NCBI GenBank assembly: GCA_965237995.1
Contig: CBDEGO010000005.1
Coordinates: forward strand, 129,341 to 193,340
Source: Candidatus Poriferihabitaceae bacterium
GTDB taxonomy: Bacteria > Pseudomonadota > Gammaproteobacteria > Arenicellales > Poriferihabitantaceae
DNA: 64,000 bases
Direction: 5' to 3'
The position numbers were made by a program, and so were the translations under genes. Below, in pieces: positions 37,002 through 47,775 of the stretch (positions are counted from its first letter, which is position 1; each line of letters starts with the position of its first letter). The notes under the pieces were generated by a model. That model was not told where the DNA came from. It saw only the letters and a list, made by a program, of their open reading frames with translations, and searched no databases.

Positions 37002-38477
37002 TTAAACGATTTTCTTCATGTCCGCCATATAACCGCGCAATTCACGGCCAATGACCTCAACAGGGTGGTTATATAGTGCCGCGTTAATCTCAATCAAGCG
37101 TGCGTTATCGACCCCGTTATCGTCTAGGTCTAAACCACGACCGATCACGTCAGTTTTAATGCCTTTCATAAAATCAGCCAGTAACGGAACACAGGCATGA
37201 TTGTATAAATAACAACCGTATTCCGCCGTATCTGAAATGGTTGCATTCATTTCATATAGCTTCTTGCGCGCAATGGTATTGGCAATCAGTGGCGTTTCGT
37301 GTAACGACTCATAGTACGCCGAATCAGCAATGATGCCTGCTTCGGTCATCGTTTCAAAGGCAAGCTCAACACCAGCCTTAACCATTGCTACCATCAAGAT
37401 ACCGTTATCAAAATATTCTTGTTCAGAAATCTCCATGTCACCCGCAGCAGTTTTTTCATATGCAGTTTCAGCAGTCTCTGCTCTCCAACCCAATAAGTTT
37501 TTATCATCATTAGCCCAATCTTCCATCATGGTACGCGAGAATGTACCGTTCATGATGTCATCTTGATGCTTGTGATATAGCGGGCGCATGATGTCTTTCA
37601 TTTCTTCAGCCAAATCAAACGCTTTGATCTTTGCAGGGTTTGACAAGCGATCGAGCATATTGGTCACCCCACCATACTTAAGCGCTTCAGTGACGGTCTC
37701 CCAACCGTATTGAATTAGCTTTGACGCGTATCCAGCTTCAACGCCTTCTTCGATCATCTTATCAAAACACAGTAACGAACCTGTTTGCAGCATACCGCAT
37801 AGGATAGTTTGCTCACCCATTAAATCAGACTTCACTTCAGCGATGAAAGAAGACATTAGTACACCGGCCTTGTGTCCACCTGTACCAACAGCGTAAGCCT
37901 TAGCCAGCGCTAAGCCTTCACCTTTAGGGTCATTGTCTTCGTGTACCGCAATTAAGGTTGGCACGCCAAAACCGCGCACGTATTCTGCACGCACTTCAGA
38001 CCCTGGGCACTTCGGCGCAACCATAATAACGGTTAGGTCATCACGCACTTTCATGCCTTCTTCAACAATGTTAAACCCATGAGAATAAGACAAACAGGCG
38101 CCTTGTTTCATTAACGGCATCACTGAGTTTACGACAGCGGTGTGTTGCTTATCTGGTGTGAGATTCAACACAATATCCGCTGTTGGGATTAGCTCTTGGT
38201 AGGTACCTACCGTGAAACCATTGTCGGTCGCATTCTTCCAAGACTGGCGCTTTTCCGCAATGGCGGCATCGCGCAACGTGTAAGAAACATCCAAGCCGCT
38301 ATCACGCAAATTCAAACCTTGATTTAAGCCTTGCGCGCCGCAACCGATGACGACCATTTTCTTGCCCTTGAGCGCTTCTACGCCGTCCGAGAATTCCTCA
38401 AGGTGCATAAACCGACATTTGGCTAATTGCTCTAATTGCTGACGCAATGGTAAGGAATTGAAGTAGTTATTTGACAT
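37002..38477 (-). CDS. ilvC: Ketol-acid reductoisomerase (class II, long form)
   Basis: 491 aa. [15 protein letters not shown]..., [17 protein letters not shown]. Full-length IlvC class II. Confidence 0.93.
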   Translation of the reverse strand: MSNNYFNSLPLRQQLEQLAKCRFMHLEEFSDGVEALKGKKMVVIGCGAQGLNQGLNLRDSGLDVSYTLRDAAIAEKRQSWKNATDNGFTVGTYQELIPTADIVLNLTPDKQHTAVVNSVMPLMKQGACLSYSHGFNIVEEGMKVRDDLTVIMVAPKCPGSEVRAEYVRGFGVPTLIAVHEDNDPKGEGLALAKAYAVGTGGHKAGVLMSSFIAEVKSDLMGEQTILCGMLQTGSLLCFDKMIEEGVEAGYASKLIQYGWETVTEALKYGGVTNMLDRLSNPAKIKAFDLAEEMKDIMRPLYHKHQDDIMNGTFSRTMMEDWANDDKNLLGWRAETAETAYEKTAAGDMEISEQEYFDNGILMVAMVKAGVELAFETMTEAGIIADSAYYESLHETPLIANTIARKKLYEMNATISDTAEYGCYLYNHACVPLLADFMKGIKTDVIGRGLDLDDNGVDNARLIEINAALYNHPVEVIGRELRGYMADMKKIV

Positions 38478-38605
38478 GGCTTGCTTCCAATTTGTTGAGA
38501 GTAATTTGATAGGTTAGCGACTCTATATCATGCCAATTGTTTCGTAAATTGATATATATGCAACATGCATCCCACATATTGCAACATTTGCGTTACTATC
38601 AAAGC
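38478..38605. promoter_or_regulatory. Divergent ilvC / ilvY control region
   Basis: 128-bp spacer between divergent ilvC and ilvY. In enterobacteria IlvY binds operators in this spacer. I did not identify specific operators here. Confidence 0.4.
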
Positions 38606-39484
38606 ATGAATGAACGACATTTGAGCAATTTCTTAGCCCTTGCCGAGCACTTGCACTTTGGCCGAGCGAGTGACGCTTGCAACATGAGCGTGTCAGCACT
38701 ATCACGCCATATCCGCCAACTAGAAGACGAAGTTGGCGCGCTGTTGTTCTATCGAGATAATCGTTCTGTCACTATCACCAAAGAAGGCCAGCGATTTGTA
38801 AAATACGCTCGTGAAGCAATCAAACAATGGCAATCAATACGTGGTGAGCTCAGTTCGCAAACGGGCGACCTGCAAGGTGAAATAAGCGTGTATTGCTCGG
38901 TTACCGCCAGCTACACCATCTTATATGGCTTACTTAATCGTTTTCGCGAGGACCACCCTAGCATCGAAATAAAACTACATACTGGCGACCCAGAAGAGGC
39001 CATTGCTCGCGTGATAAATGCAGATGAAGACATCAGTATCGCCGCCCACCCAAATACCTTACCTCGTGGTATCGCGTTTAAAGCGATTACCACCTCTCCA
39101 CTATTATTCATTGCACCCAAAGAATCAAACGACCTCGCTTTAAAAAACCTGCCGCCTAAATCAACGCAGGCGTGGGCAAGTGTCCCAATGATTTTAGCTG
39201 AAGGTGGCATCGGGCGAGACAGAGTCGATGCATGGTTTAAACAACTTGGTATTGCACCAAACATTTACGCGCAGGCTGCGGGCAATGAAGCCATTGTTAG
39301 CATGGTGAGTTTAGGGCTTGGTATTGGCGTGGTACCAAAAATAGTGTTAGACCATAGCCCCATGGTTGATCGTATTCAAACACTTGACGTACTGCCACGC
39401 TTAGCGCCGTACCGAATAGGTTTATTCATCCAAAAAAAGAATTTGAAAAACCCGTTGCTAAAACCATTTTGGGAGTTAGACTAG
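38606..39484 (+). CDS. ilvY: LysR-family transcriptional activator IlvY
   Basis: MNERHLSNFLALAEHLHFGRASDACNMSVSALSRHIRQLE, an HTH of LysR type. Divergent from ilvC. Start moved to the ATG at 38606. Confidence 0.8.
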   Translation: MNERHLSNFLALAEHLHFGRASDACNMSVSALSRHIRQLEDEVGALLFYRDNRSVTITKEGQRFVKYAREAIKQWQSIRGELSSQTGDLQGEISVYCSVTASYTILYGLLNRFREDHPSIEIKLHTGDPEEAIARVINADEDISIAAHPNTLPRGIAFKAITTSPLLFIAPKESNDLALKNLPPKSTQAWASVPMILAEGGIGRDRVDAWFKQLGIAPNIYAQAAGNEAIVSMVSLGLGIGVVPKIVLDHSPMVDRIQTLDVLPRLAPYRIGLFIQKKNLKNPLLKPFWELD

Positions 39485-39502
39485 CCGACCCGCTTAGCGA
39501 AA

Positions 39503-40270
39503 TCATCCGTTAATTTGCGCTAAGTTTAGGTAATCCTCAATACTCAATTTTTCTGGTCTATCCGCTGGGTTGATGCCCACTGATTCTATTTGTTCCGCAC
39601 TCAGGTACTCTTTGATCGCGTTACGCAGGGTCTTTCTACGTTGGCCAAATGCAGCGCCCACTATCCGAGCCAAGCGGCCTTGTATTTCTGGTGCGATAAC
39701 GCGTTGAGTGGGTGTAAGCCGTACCACGCTGGAAGTCACTTTAGGTTGCGGGAAAAAAGCGCCCGGCGGCACGTTGAACAAACGCTCACTATTCAAGTGT
39801 AAGCCCGCCATTACACTGAGGCGGCCATAAGTTTTGTCACCAGGTGGGGCAACAATTCTATCGACTACTTCCTTTTGCAGCATAAACACCATTTCACTAA
39901 TGTGTTGCAAAGAAGCAAGCAAGTGGAAAATAAGCGGTGTTGAGATGTTATAGGGCAAGTTGCCGATAATCGCTAATTTTTGCTGCCCCGCCAGTTGCGA
40001 AAAGTCCACCTTTAACGCATCACGCTCGATAATACTTAAACCTTGCTCAGCGTATTGCATTTGTAGACTTGCCGACAAATCTCTATCCATTTCAATGGCC
40101 GTTAACTTGCCGTATTCTCTTAACAAATGAGCGGTAATCGCGCCTTGACCAGGCCCAATCTCAACGAGATGGTCACCTTTTCGTGGTTGAATACTTGACG
40201 CAATACGTTGCTGATAAGCCACATCTTGCAAAAAGTTCTGACCAAAACGCTTGCGCGGCTTATGCTTCAT
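39503..40270 (-). CDS. rsmA: 16S rRNA (adenine1518/1519-N6)-dimethyltransferase
   Basis: KRFGQNFL...VEIGPGQGAIT...GNLPYNISTP. Confidence 0.92.
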   Translation of the reverse strand: MKHKPRKRFGQNFLQDVAYQQRIASSIQPRKGDHLVEIGPGQGAITAHLLREYGKLTAIEMDRDLSASLQMQYAEQGLSIIERDALKVDFSQLAGQQKLAIIGNLPYNISTPLIFHLLASLQHISEMVFMLQKEVVDRIVAPPGDKTYGRLSVMAGLHLNSERLFNVPPGAFFPQPKVTSSVVRLTPTQRVIAPEIQGRLARIVGAAFGQRRKTLRNAIKEYLSAEQIESVGINPADRPEKLSIEDYLNLAQING

Positions 40271-40282
40271 GCAACTCTTGCT

Positions 40283-41290
40283 TCACCTAAACCCCTGCTT
40301 AGTCGCCGTACTCGCCTTGGCCATTTCGATGGCCTTTTCTATGGCACAGATTAAACTGCTGACTTTGGCTTTTCCGGTGCCCGCAATATCTAATGCCGTA
40401 CCGTGATCAACTGAAGTTCGTATGATAGGCAGGCCAAAAGTAATATTGACGATCTCGCCAAAACCCATCGACTTAATCACGGGCAAACCTTGGTCGTGAT
40501 ACATAGCCAGTACCGCGTCTGCATTCGCTAGTTTTTCAGGTGTGAAGGCGGTATCCGCAGGTAATGGACCCATTAAGTTCATCCCACCTGATCGTAAGGT
40601 ATCGAGAGTCGGCTCAATAATCTCAATTTCCTCCATGCCTAAATGCCCACCTTCCCCTGCGTGCGGATTCAGACCACAAACTAATATTCGAGGTTTAGCA
40701 ATGCCAAATTTTTGTTGTAAGTCCGCATTCAATACATGCAATACGGACGTGATACGCGCTGGCGTAATAGCGTTACTTACTTTCGACAATGGTAAATGGG
40801 TGGTAAGCAATGCAACGCGCAGGTGCTTGTTGGTTAACACCATCACTGGCTGAGGCGCCTTGGTCACTTCAGCAATCAATTCTGTATGCCCCGAAAAAGC
40901 GATGCCCGCATCATTAATAACTCCTTTGTGCACTGGCCCTGTCACCATGGCATCGTAACCGCGCTCAAGACAAAGCTCTGCAGCCGACACGATTGAACGA
41001 TAAACGTATTCACCATTGCCGGTATTTAATTCACCGCACTTAACAGGCACCGCTAGGGAAGAAGATTTGCGTACACAAAGTGACCCTTTGGTATGTATTT
41101 GGGATTCATCGTCATGTAGCAGTACTTCACGCCCGAGAAGTTCGGCTCGGCTTTGAATCAAAGCCGGGTCAGCCAGCAAGCTTAGGTGACAAGGTAGATC
41201 GTAATCAGCTAACATGATTGCGAGGTCAGGGCCAATACCTGCTGGCTCGCCCGGGGTGAGCACCAATCTTGGCACTAAGGAACTAGTCAT
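40283..41290 (-). CDS. pdxA: 4-hydroxythreonine-4-phosphate dehydrogenase
   Basis: TPGEPAGIGPDL...GHTE...LNPHAGE...DHGTALDIAG. Conserved pdxA-rsmA pairing. Confidence 0.92.
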   Translation of the reverse strand: MTSSLVPRLVLTPGEPAGIGPDLAIMLADYDLPCHLSLLADPALIQSRAELLGREVLLHDDESQIHTKGSLCVRKSSSLAVPVKCGELNTGNGEYVYRSIVSAAELCLERGYDAMVTGPVHKGVINDAGIAFSGHTELIAEVTKAPQPVMVLTNKHLRVALLTTHLPLSKVSNAITPARITSVLHVLNADLQQKFGIAKPRILVCGLNPHAGEGGHLGMEEIEIIEPTLDTLRSGGMNLMGPLPADTAFTPEKLANADAVLAMYHDQGLPVIKSMGFGEIVNITFGLPIIRTSVDHGTALDIAGTGKAKVSSLICAIEKAIEMAKASTATKQGFR

Positions 41291-41323
41291 TAGTTAAACA
41301 ACACGCACTGCAATGATTTGAAA

Positions 41324-41680
41324 CTAGCCCAAACCTGGTTCTTCAGGTTCATGCAAATAATCTTCAAATGTGGGTTGCCAGCGATATTTATTGAAGTCAA
41401 TTCGCCCAGAATCAGAAAATAACACGCCTTCCGCCAATAATGCTTCTCGCTGCCGTGGGTCTGGCGCACCATCAGCGCGCGCACTGAGTTTTCCCTGAGA
41501 GTTGATTACTCGATGCCATGGAACACTTGACCCATCTGGCACCGCTGCCATCGCATACCCTGCTTGCCTAGCGGTGCACTTTCCGGACATTTGGGCAATT
41601 TGTCCGTAGGTGGCAACCTTACCAGCTGGTATACGCTCGACCACCGACTGCACGCGTTTGTATAAAGAATCAGTCGACAT
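41324..41680 (-). CDS. Alkyltransferase-like protein (MGMT-family DNA-binding domain lacking the acceptor Cys; YbaZ/ATL type)
   Basis: IPAGKVATYGQIA...VPWHRVIN. PWHRV replaces the PCHRV active site. Confidence 0.75.
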   Translation of the reverse strand: MSTDSLYKRVQSVVERIPAGKVATYGQIAQMSGKCTARQAGYAMAAVPDGSSVPWHRVINSQGKLSARADGAPDPRQREALLAEGVLFSDSGRIDFNKYRWQPTFEDYLHEPEEPGLG

Positions 41681-41715
41681 TTAAAACTGACCACGTCATC
41701 AATCTAATCATACTG

Positions 41716-42315
41716 CTAGGCACCACATGGTTCTAAATCTTTAGGTAATTTAATCTCGCGCTGCAACTCTGTAGAAACGCCATCATAAATAAGTTCTATT
41801 GACTGCCCTGACTCACTATTATTCTTTAATAAGGCTGATAGATACGGCTGCTTACCCTCTATATGCCAGTGATAAGTTTTGTCCCAGAACAAATTGCACC
41901 CGTAAACTTCACTCATATACTTATCACTTTGCGTTTCAAGAAAAGATTGCGTTGGCACGTTAGTAATTGCAATTGTATTTTGTACATTAAGCACCTCAGC
42001 TTTCACTCCTTCAACCGCTTTAGCCAATTTACCTTGGACAGTAATTAAGTGACCCGCTAACGATTTATTTACTTTTCCTGTTAATGTAACTGTTCTGTTT
42101 CGTAAATCTTCCGATAACAAACTAAAGCGCGGACCACAGCCAGAAGAAACCAAACAGTCCTCATCATTGAGGACCATTAGCACCCCTACGCGCTCCACCA
42201 GTTCAGATGAGCTGCTACCAGCAGATTGAGAAGAGATAACGTCTTTAACAGAATCAACCGTATGACACCCGCTTAAGAGTAGTGACACCAGGGTAAACCA
42301 TGTGAGCTTTTTCAT
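41716..42315 (-). CDS. Hypothetical lipoprotein
   Basis: Lipobox LLLSGC at the N-terminus. No recognisable family. Confidence 0.5.
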   Translation of the reverse strand: MKKLTWFTLVSLLLSGCHTVDSVKDVISSQSAGSSSSELVERVGVLMVLNDEDCLVSSGCGPRFSLLSEDLRNRTVTLTGKVNKSLAGHLITVQGKLAKAVEGVKAEVLNVQNTIAITNVPTQSFLETQSDKYMSEVYGCNLFWDKTYHWHIEGKQPYLSALLKNNSESGQSIELIYDGVSTELQREIKLPKDLEPCGA

Positions 42316-42429
42316 CAGTAAATACTAGAATTCTAGTTTTAGTTTTGATCGCAAAATTATCGCAGATAATGATGTACTTTGTCTGCTATTCTCGCGCGCT
42401 CATCCTGAACCCTAGCGCAATCTAATCGC

Positions 42430-43791
42430 TTGAAAACTTCAATCCTAACGGAAGCCAAAGGAATTTTAGCTTTGGCCACGCCGATCATTTTAGCTTCGTT
42501 GGTGCAAGTGCTCATGCACTTAACCGATATGCTGATGCTTGGGCGTTATGACTCCGTTCAATTTGCGGCGGCGGGCCTTGCTGGGGCGATGTGGTATACC
42601 GCGCTGTTAATTATCATCGGTTCACTACAAGGGGTCGCGGCCATTATCGCCAACCAAATTGGTGAGGGCCGTGAAGATAAAGTAGCTAACACGTTTCAAC
42701 AAGGGGTTTGGCTGGCCATTGGCGTCGCCTTACTGACGACCTTGGTCATTCCATTATGCGGACGACTATTGTTAATCAGCGATGTTCAAGCACAGATCAC
42801 CTATCACGCATTGCAATATTTAGACATTATGGCGCTAACATTGCCGGCGGCGAGTGCGTATATGGTTATGCGCTACTTCAGCGAAGGCATCGAGTTTGTA
42901 TATCCGATGATGGTGATTCAAATCGTCATTTTGCCGCTTAATTTTATCGGTAACTACGCGCTTATCTACGGTAACTGGGGCTTTCCGGAATTGGGTTTGC
43001 GCGGAGCTGGTTGGTCAACGGTAATCGGCTTTTACCTCAGTGCAATCGCTCTATTTCTAGTGGTACGCTACTCCAAACGCGCCTTACGCTATAAGCCCTT
43101 TGCAGCGTTCTCTAAACCCAAGTGGGCGCCCATCAAAATGCAACTAGCATTAGGTGCTCCCATTGCGGCTTCATTATTTTTAGAACATAGTCTATTTTTA
43201 GCCTCATTCGTCATGATGGGGTATATCGGCACCATTGAGGCCGCCGCCCATAATATCGCAATGAGTTACACTGAGCTTACTTTCATGGTGCCGATGGGCA
43301 TTGCTAGCGCGCTGACCGTTAAAGTCGGCAATGCCAGAGGTAGAAAAGAATTAGGCCTAGCCAAGTTAAGAGGCTGGACAGGCATTGGATTAGCGGCCGT
43401 GTTTATGTTGTTCTCAGCGCTTGTCATTTTGCTGTTTCGCAATCAAATCGTCACGCTTTACACGCCGGACAACGACATCATTCTATTAGCGGCAGGTTTT
43501 TTAATTCTGGCTGCTATTTTTCAGGTATCAGACGGAACACAAGTCGCCGCCGCTGGCGCACTACGAGGCATGGAAGACACCCGTATTACTATGTACGTGT
43601 GCCTAATCGCTTATTGGCTGATTGGCTTGCCAGTATCGGCACTACTCGGCTTTACCTTTGGATATGAAGGAGAGGGTATTTGGTCGGGGTTAATCGTCGG
43701 GCTAACCGTCGCATCGCTATTGATGATATGGCGATTCAAATGGATAGTTTGGTTTGAGTCTAAACAAGCCGATTTCAACTTAAACAAGTAG
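42430..43791 (+). CDS. MATE-family multidrug efflux transporter (NorM-like)
   Basis: 453 aa with 12 hydrophobic segments. AGALRGMEDTR motif of MATE proteins. TTG start. Confidence 0.8.
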   Translation: MKTSILTEAKGILALATPIILASLVQVLMHLTDMLMLGRYDSVQFAAAGLAGAMWYTALLIIIGSLQGVAAIIANQIGEGREDKVANTFQQGVWLAIGVALLTTLVIPLCGRLLLISDVQAQITYHALQYLDIMALTLPAASAYMVMRYFSEGIEFVYPMMVIQIVILPLNFIGNYALIYGNWGFPELGLRGAGWSTVIGFYLSAIALFLVVRYSKRALRYKPFAAFSKPKWAPIKMQLALGAPIAASLFLEHSLFLASFVMMGYIGTIEAAAHNIAMSYTELTFMVPMGIASALTVKVGNARGRKELGLAKLRGWTGIGLAAVFMLFSALVILLFRNQIVTLYTPDNDIILLAAGFLILAAIFQVSDGTQVAAAGALRGMEDTRITMYVCLIAYWLIGLPVSALLGFTFGYEGEGIWSGLIVGLTVASLLMIWRFKWIVWFESKQADFNLNK

Positions 43792-43860
43792 GCGGCTTGG
43801 CGGCAACACCTTTACTTCTAGTTATTCGCTCCTGTAAATCAACGGGAGCAGAAGCAGAAG

Positions 43861-45186
43861 TTATAGAATATAACGCGACAAATCTTGGTCTTGCACCAAT
43901 TCCAATAAATGGTCATTCACATAAGTTGCGTCAACGGTCACACTCTCACCTGAACGGTCAGAAGCTTCGTAGGAAATTGTCTCAAGCAGGCGTTCCATCA
44001 CCGTATGCAAACGCCGTGCACCGATATTTTCAGTGCTGTCGTTCACCTGCCAAGCCACCTCTGCGATTCGCTTTACGCCATCATCGCTAAAGTCTAACTC
44101 AACGCCTTCCGTTTGCATCAACGCGGCATATTGCTCAGTTAAACTGGCATCGGGCTCGGTTAGAATGCGGATAAAATCTTCTACTTCTAATGCGCGCAAC
44201 TCAACCCGAATTGGCAGCCTACCTTGCAACTCCGGAATGAGGTCAGAAGGTTTAGCCAACTGAAATGCACCCGAGGCAATAAATAATATATGATCCGTCT
44301 TAACACTGCCGTGTTTGGTTGAAATTGTTGAACCTTCAACGATCGGCAACAAGTCACGTTGCACCCCTTCGCGCGAGACCTGCCCACCACTTTGGCTTTG
44401 CCCTTCTCGCCCAACTATTTTATCAATTTCATCAAGAAACACGATGCCGTGCTGCTCAACGCGGTCAATGGCTTCTGCCTTAATATCATCTTGGTTAACT
44501 AGCTTACCGGCCTCTTCTTCGGTCAGGGCTTTAAGCGCATCTTTCACCAACATCTTGCGTGGCTTCTTTTTATCTTTACCAAAACTCTGGAACATTTCTT
44601 GCAGCTGATTCGACATTTCTTCCATGCCGGGAGCGCCCATAATCTCGACTTGGGGCGCAGCTAGCTGCACGTCAACTTCAATTTCTTTTTCGTCTAAATC
44701 GCCTTCGCGTAGCTTCTTGCGAAACAGCTGCCTAGCCGCACTGTTTTTATCATCGCTGTCCGCATCCCTTGCCGGGGGGACGAATACATCTAATACGCGC
44801 TCTTCAGCTGCGTCTTCCGCTCGCGCATTGAACTTAGCCATCGCTTGTTCACGCGTTTGTTTAATCGCCATTTCAACCAAATCACGAATGATTGAGTCTA
44901 CCTCACGGCCCACATACCCCACTTCGGTGAATTTAGTCGCTTCCACTTTGATAAATGGAGCATTGGCTAACTTCGCTAAGCGGCGCGCAATTTCTGTTTT
45001 ACCGACGCCGGTCGGCCCGATCATTAAAATATTTTTCGGAGTGATTTCGCCGCGCAACTGCTCGTCAACCTGGCTACGACGCCAGCGATTACGTAACGCA
45101 ATCGCGACCGCACGCTTGGCATCGCTTTGCGCAACGATATAGTTATCTAACTCGTTTACTATTTCACGTGGGGTCATCTCACTCAT
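43861..45186 (-). CDS. hslU: ATP-dependent protease ATPase subunit HslU
   Basis: [34 protein letters not shown]...[15 protein letters not shown]. Confidence 0.95.
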   Translation of the reverse strand: MSEMTPREIVNELDNYIVAQSDAKRAVAIALRNRWRRSQVDEQLRGEITPKNILMIGPTGVGKTEIARRLAKLANAPFIKVEATKFTEVGYVGREVDSIIRDLVEMAIKQTREQAMAKFNARAEDAAEERVLDVFVPPARDADSDDKNSAARQLFRKKLREGDLDEKEIEVDVQLAAPQVEIMGAPGMEEMSNQLQEMFQSFGKDKKKPRKMLVKDALKALTEEEAGKLVNQDDIKAEAIDRVEQHGIVFLDEIDKIVGREGQSQSGGQVSREGVQRDLLPIVEGSTISTKHGSVKTDHILFIASGAFQLAKPSDLIPELQGRLPIRVELRALEVEDFIRILTEPDASLTEQYAALMQTEGVELDFSDDGVKRIAEVAWQVNDSTENIGARRLHTVMERLLETISYEASDRSGESVTVDATYVNDHLLELVQDQDLSRYIL

Positions 45187-45198
45187 ACGGTGTACCTC

Positions 45199-45744
45199 TT
45201 AAACCTCTAGCTCTTCGATGGTTAAATTGTGGTTAGTGTAGACGCAAATATCTCCTGCAATTTTCAAGCTTTTTTCTACGATATCACGAGCGCTCATGTC
45301 AGTATTTTCGGTTAGCGCCAGTGCAGCAGACTTAGCAAAAGAGCCGCCAGAACCAATTGCCATTACGTCATTTTCAGGCTCAATCACATCACCATTGCCT
45401 GATAAAACAAGTGAAGCGGACTCATCAGCAACCATCAACAACGCTTCTAGTTGGCGCATACTGCGCTCAGTGCGCCAATCTTTTGCAAGTTCAACGGCTG
45501 CGCGAACCAAATGCCCTTGATGCCGTTCTAACTTGCCTTCAAAACGTTCAAACAAAGTAAATGCATCGGCGGTGCTCCCTGCAAAACCCGCGATCACTTT
45601 ATCGTGATATAGACGGCGTACTTTCCGTGCGTTGCCCTTCATGACCGTGTCACCCATAGAAACCTGACCGTCGCCACCTATCACGACTTTGTTGCCGCGT
45701 CTGACAGATAATATAGTGGTGCCCTTAAATTGCGCCATAGCCAT
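45199..45744 (-). CDS. hslV: ATP-dependent protease subunit HslV
   Basis: ...[24 protein letters not shown]..., with an 8-residue N-terminal extension (MAMAQFKG) before the catalytic Thr. Confidence 0.93.
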   Translation of the reverse strand: MAMAQFKGTTILSVRRGNKVVIGGDGQVSMGDTVMKGNARKVRRLYHDKVIAGFAGSTADAFTLFERFEGKLERHQGHLVRAAVELAKDWRTERSMRQLEALLMVADESASLVLSGNGDVIEPENDVMAIGSGGSFAKSAALALTENTDMSARDIVEKSLKIAGDICVYTNHNLTIEELEV

Positions 45745-45847
45745 TAAAACGATTACCTAAATTGGGGAAAATAAATACGCCGAAACGTAAACGTTACCAC
45801 AAGATAAGGACTAAGCCAGATTAATCAAGCCCAGCCTCATCTGCTAA

Positions 45848-46357
45848 CTAATCAACTAACTTAAGTGAGGGCTTACTCGACCCCTTCTTCTTTTTTGGGG
45901 GTTTTGACTTGGTTACAGATTGCAGCGTGCGTGCGCCCTCTGTCTTCTTCGGCGCTGTGTTTAGTTTGGCTTTGCTCTTTTTTAGTACACTAGCGTTCTG
46001 CGTTTCAGAGCTAGTCGGGTTAAACGATACCGACTGAAGTGAGGTTGCGTCTGTTTCTGGGAACAAACAACCTTGGCCATTTTCCTTGGCGTATATCGCG
46101 CGCACTGCTTCGATAGGAATATTAATGTCTTGAGCACTACCATTAAATCGAGCGCTAAATAAAACCCACTCGTTACCCATCTCTAAGTGATGAACCGCGC
46201 TGTGATCGAGGTTCATCACAATGGTGCCATCGGTCACTAAACTCATAGGAACCACGACACCCTCAACGGTTGCATCAACCAACATATAAGGTGTGAAACC
46301 CTGATCAGAGCACCATTCATGAATGGCGCGGACCATGTAGGGCGTAGTGCTTGTCAT
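45848..46357 (-). CDS. sspB: ClpXP adaptor, stringent starvation protein B
   Basis: PYMVRAIHEWCSDQGFTPYMLV at the N-terminus and a basic tail ending LKLVD (ClpX-binding type). Confidence 0.88.
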   Translation of the reverse strand: MTSTTPYMVRAIHEWCSDQGFTPYMLVDATVEGVVVPMSLVTDGTIVMNLDHSAVHHLEMGNEWVLFSARFNGSAQDINIPIEAVRAIYAKENGQGCLFPETDATSLQSVSFNPTSSETQNASVLKKSKAKLNTAPKKTEGARTLQSVTKSKPPKKKKGSSKPSLKLVD

Positions 46358-46364
46358 ATCAACC

Positions 46365-46997
46365 TTAGAACTCTTCGTTAAGCTCCATTTCTTGCTGACT
46401 TAAGCTCATTTGAAACTGCTCTCGTGCAAATAGGCGACTAGCGTAATCTTTAATGGGTTGCGCTTTTTCTGGCAGCTCAATCCCTAGAGATTTAAGCCGC
46501 CATAAAAGTGGGGCAATGATTACGTCCACCAAAGTATAGTCTTCGCCAGTAAAGTACGGCTGATGGTTAAATAGCGGCGACAAAGAAGTTAAGCCATCGC
46601 GAATACTTTGACGTTGCTCTTTAGTGAGCTCTTTACCATCTTCTGATGCCGCGTCAACATGATCAATCCAATCACGCTTCATTCTTGCAATAGTTAGACG
46701 CGCTTTACCGCGCCCAATTGGGTCAGCCGGTAAAAGAGGCGGGTGCGGGAAACGTTCGTCCAAATACTCTACCACTGGGTAAAATTCGTACAACACCATT
46801 TCACGGTCAATTAACACCGGTGTTTCTGCGTACGGGTTTAACTCCGCCACAACTTGCTCACGTTCAGCAGAATTGACATAGCGCATATCGCAATCTACGT
46901 CTTTATCGCGTAATAATATTCTCAGGCAATGTGATGAAATGCTATTCACGTCGGAATGCAATGTCATCGCTGATTTTTTTGCGACATCAATACTCAT
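46365..46997 (-). CDS. sspA: Stringent starvation protein A (GST-like)
   Basis: MTLHSD..SHCLRILL..K.V......V...E.......NPY..TPVLIDRE. Conserved sspA-sspB pair downstream of petABC. Confidence 0.9.
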   Translation of the reverse strand: MSIDVAKKSAMTLHSDVNSISSHCLRILLRDKDVDCDMRYVNSAEREQVVAELNPYAETPVLIDREMVLYEFYPVVEYLDERFPHPPLLPADPIGRGKARLTIARMKRDWIDHVDAASEDGKELTKEQRQSIRDGLTSLSPLFNHQPYFTGEDYTLVDVIIAPLLWRLKSLGIELPEKAQPIKDYASRLFAREQFQMSLSQQEMELNEEF

Positions 46998-47070
46998 AAT
47001 TATAGACCTTTATAAAACGTAAGTGGGCGGGTGCCCAAAAGCTAGACAGCTAGCTAAATTTACACCGCGA

Positions 47071-47775
47071 TTAATGAACGTCGCGCCAGTATTCTTTCTT
47101 TAACGCATAGGCTAATACGAAAAATAACGCCAAGAAAATCAAGGTGTAAGTTCCGTATTTTTTGCGCACTAACTTTGCCGGTTCGCCCACATAACTTAAA
47201 AAATTAGTTATATCGTGTGCGGCCTGTGCGTATTCTTTATTGTCCATAGAGCCGGCAGAAGCTAGCTCTAGTTTGTGATCTTCGTTCATCACCTGTACGC
47301 CCTGCAACCCAGACAACACGTGCGGCATGGCAACGTTCGGAAAATACTGATTGTTCCAGCCGCTGGGTGTACTGCTATCTTGGTAGAAACCAATTAGATA
47401 ACTATATATCCAGTCGTCACCACGCAAACGCGAGGTTAAGCTTAAGTCAGGCGGCGCAACACCAAACCATTCAGCTGCTTTATCAGCTGGCATGGTGTTC
47501 GTCATCGGGTTGCCAATTTTATCGGTGCCGATCAGCAAATGCTGCTTCGCCAATTTTTCAGGAATCCCTATATCTTTAGCCAAACGACTGACCCGCATGT
47601 ACTTCGCTTCATGACAACCTTGGCAATAGTTAACAAATAACTTAGCACCACGCTGTAAAGAAGCCTTGTCGGTTAAGTCAACATTAGCCCAATGTAAAGG
47701 AATACTCGACCCACCTGCTGCGCTAGCCAATGCAGGTAGCGCAAGTAGAACTAAACCTACGAAAGCTTTTTTCAT
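47071..47775 (-). CDS. petC: Cytochrome c1 of the ubiquinol-cytochrome c reductase
   Basis: Heme motif CQGCHE, C-terminal TM anchor, ATGA overlap with petB. Confidence 0.88.
   Translation of the reverse strand: MKKAFVGLVLLALPALASAAGGSSIPLHWANVDLTDKASLQRGAKLFVNYCQGCHEAKYMRVSRLAKDIGIPEKLAKQHLLIGTDKIGNPMTNTMPADKAAEWFGVAPPDLSLTSRLRGDDWIYSYLIGFYQDSSTPSGWNNQYFPNVAMPHVLSGLQGVQVMNEDHKLELASAGSMDNKEYAQAAHDITNFLSYVGEPAKLVRKKYGTYTLIFLALFFVLAYALKKEYWRDVH

Noticed and set aside
44033-45142. Several long plus-strand ORFs (76, 97 and 172 aa) inside hslU
   Set aside because: They are antisense shadow ORFs within a strongly conserved gene. They have low-complexity Ser/Ala/Leu-rich translations and no RBS.
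45721-45744. 8-residue N-terminal extension (MAMAQFKG) before the catalytic Thr of HslV, as a possible mis-start or novelty
   Set aside because: There is no alternative start codon immediately before the Thr-Thr. Short HslV propeptides occur in other bacteria, so this is unlikely to be novel.
45745-45847. Sigma-32 heat-shock promoter upstream of hslV (CCCCAATT resembles the -10 consensus CCCCATNT at 45760-45767)
   Set aside because: I could not find an acceptable CTTGAAA-like -35 element at the correct 13-15 nt spacing. It is too weak to report as a feature.
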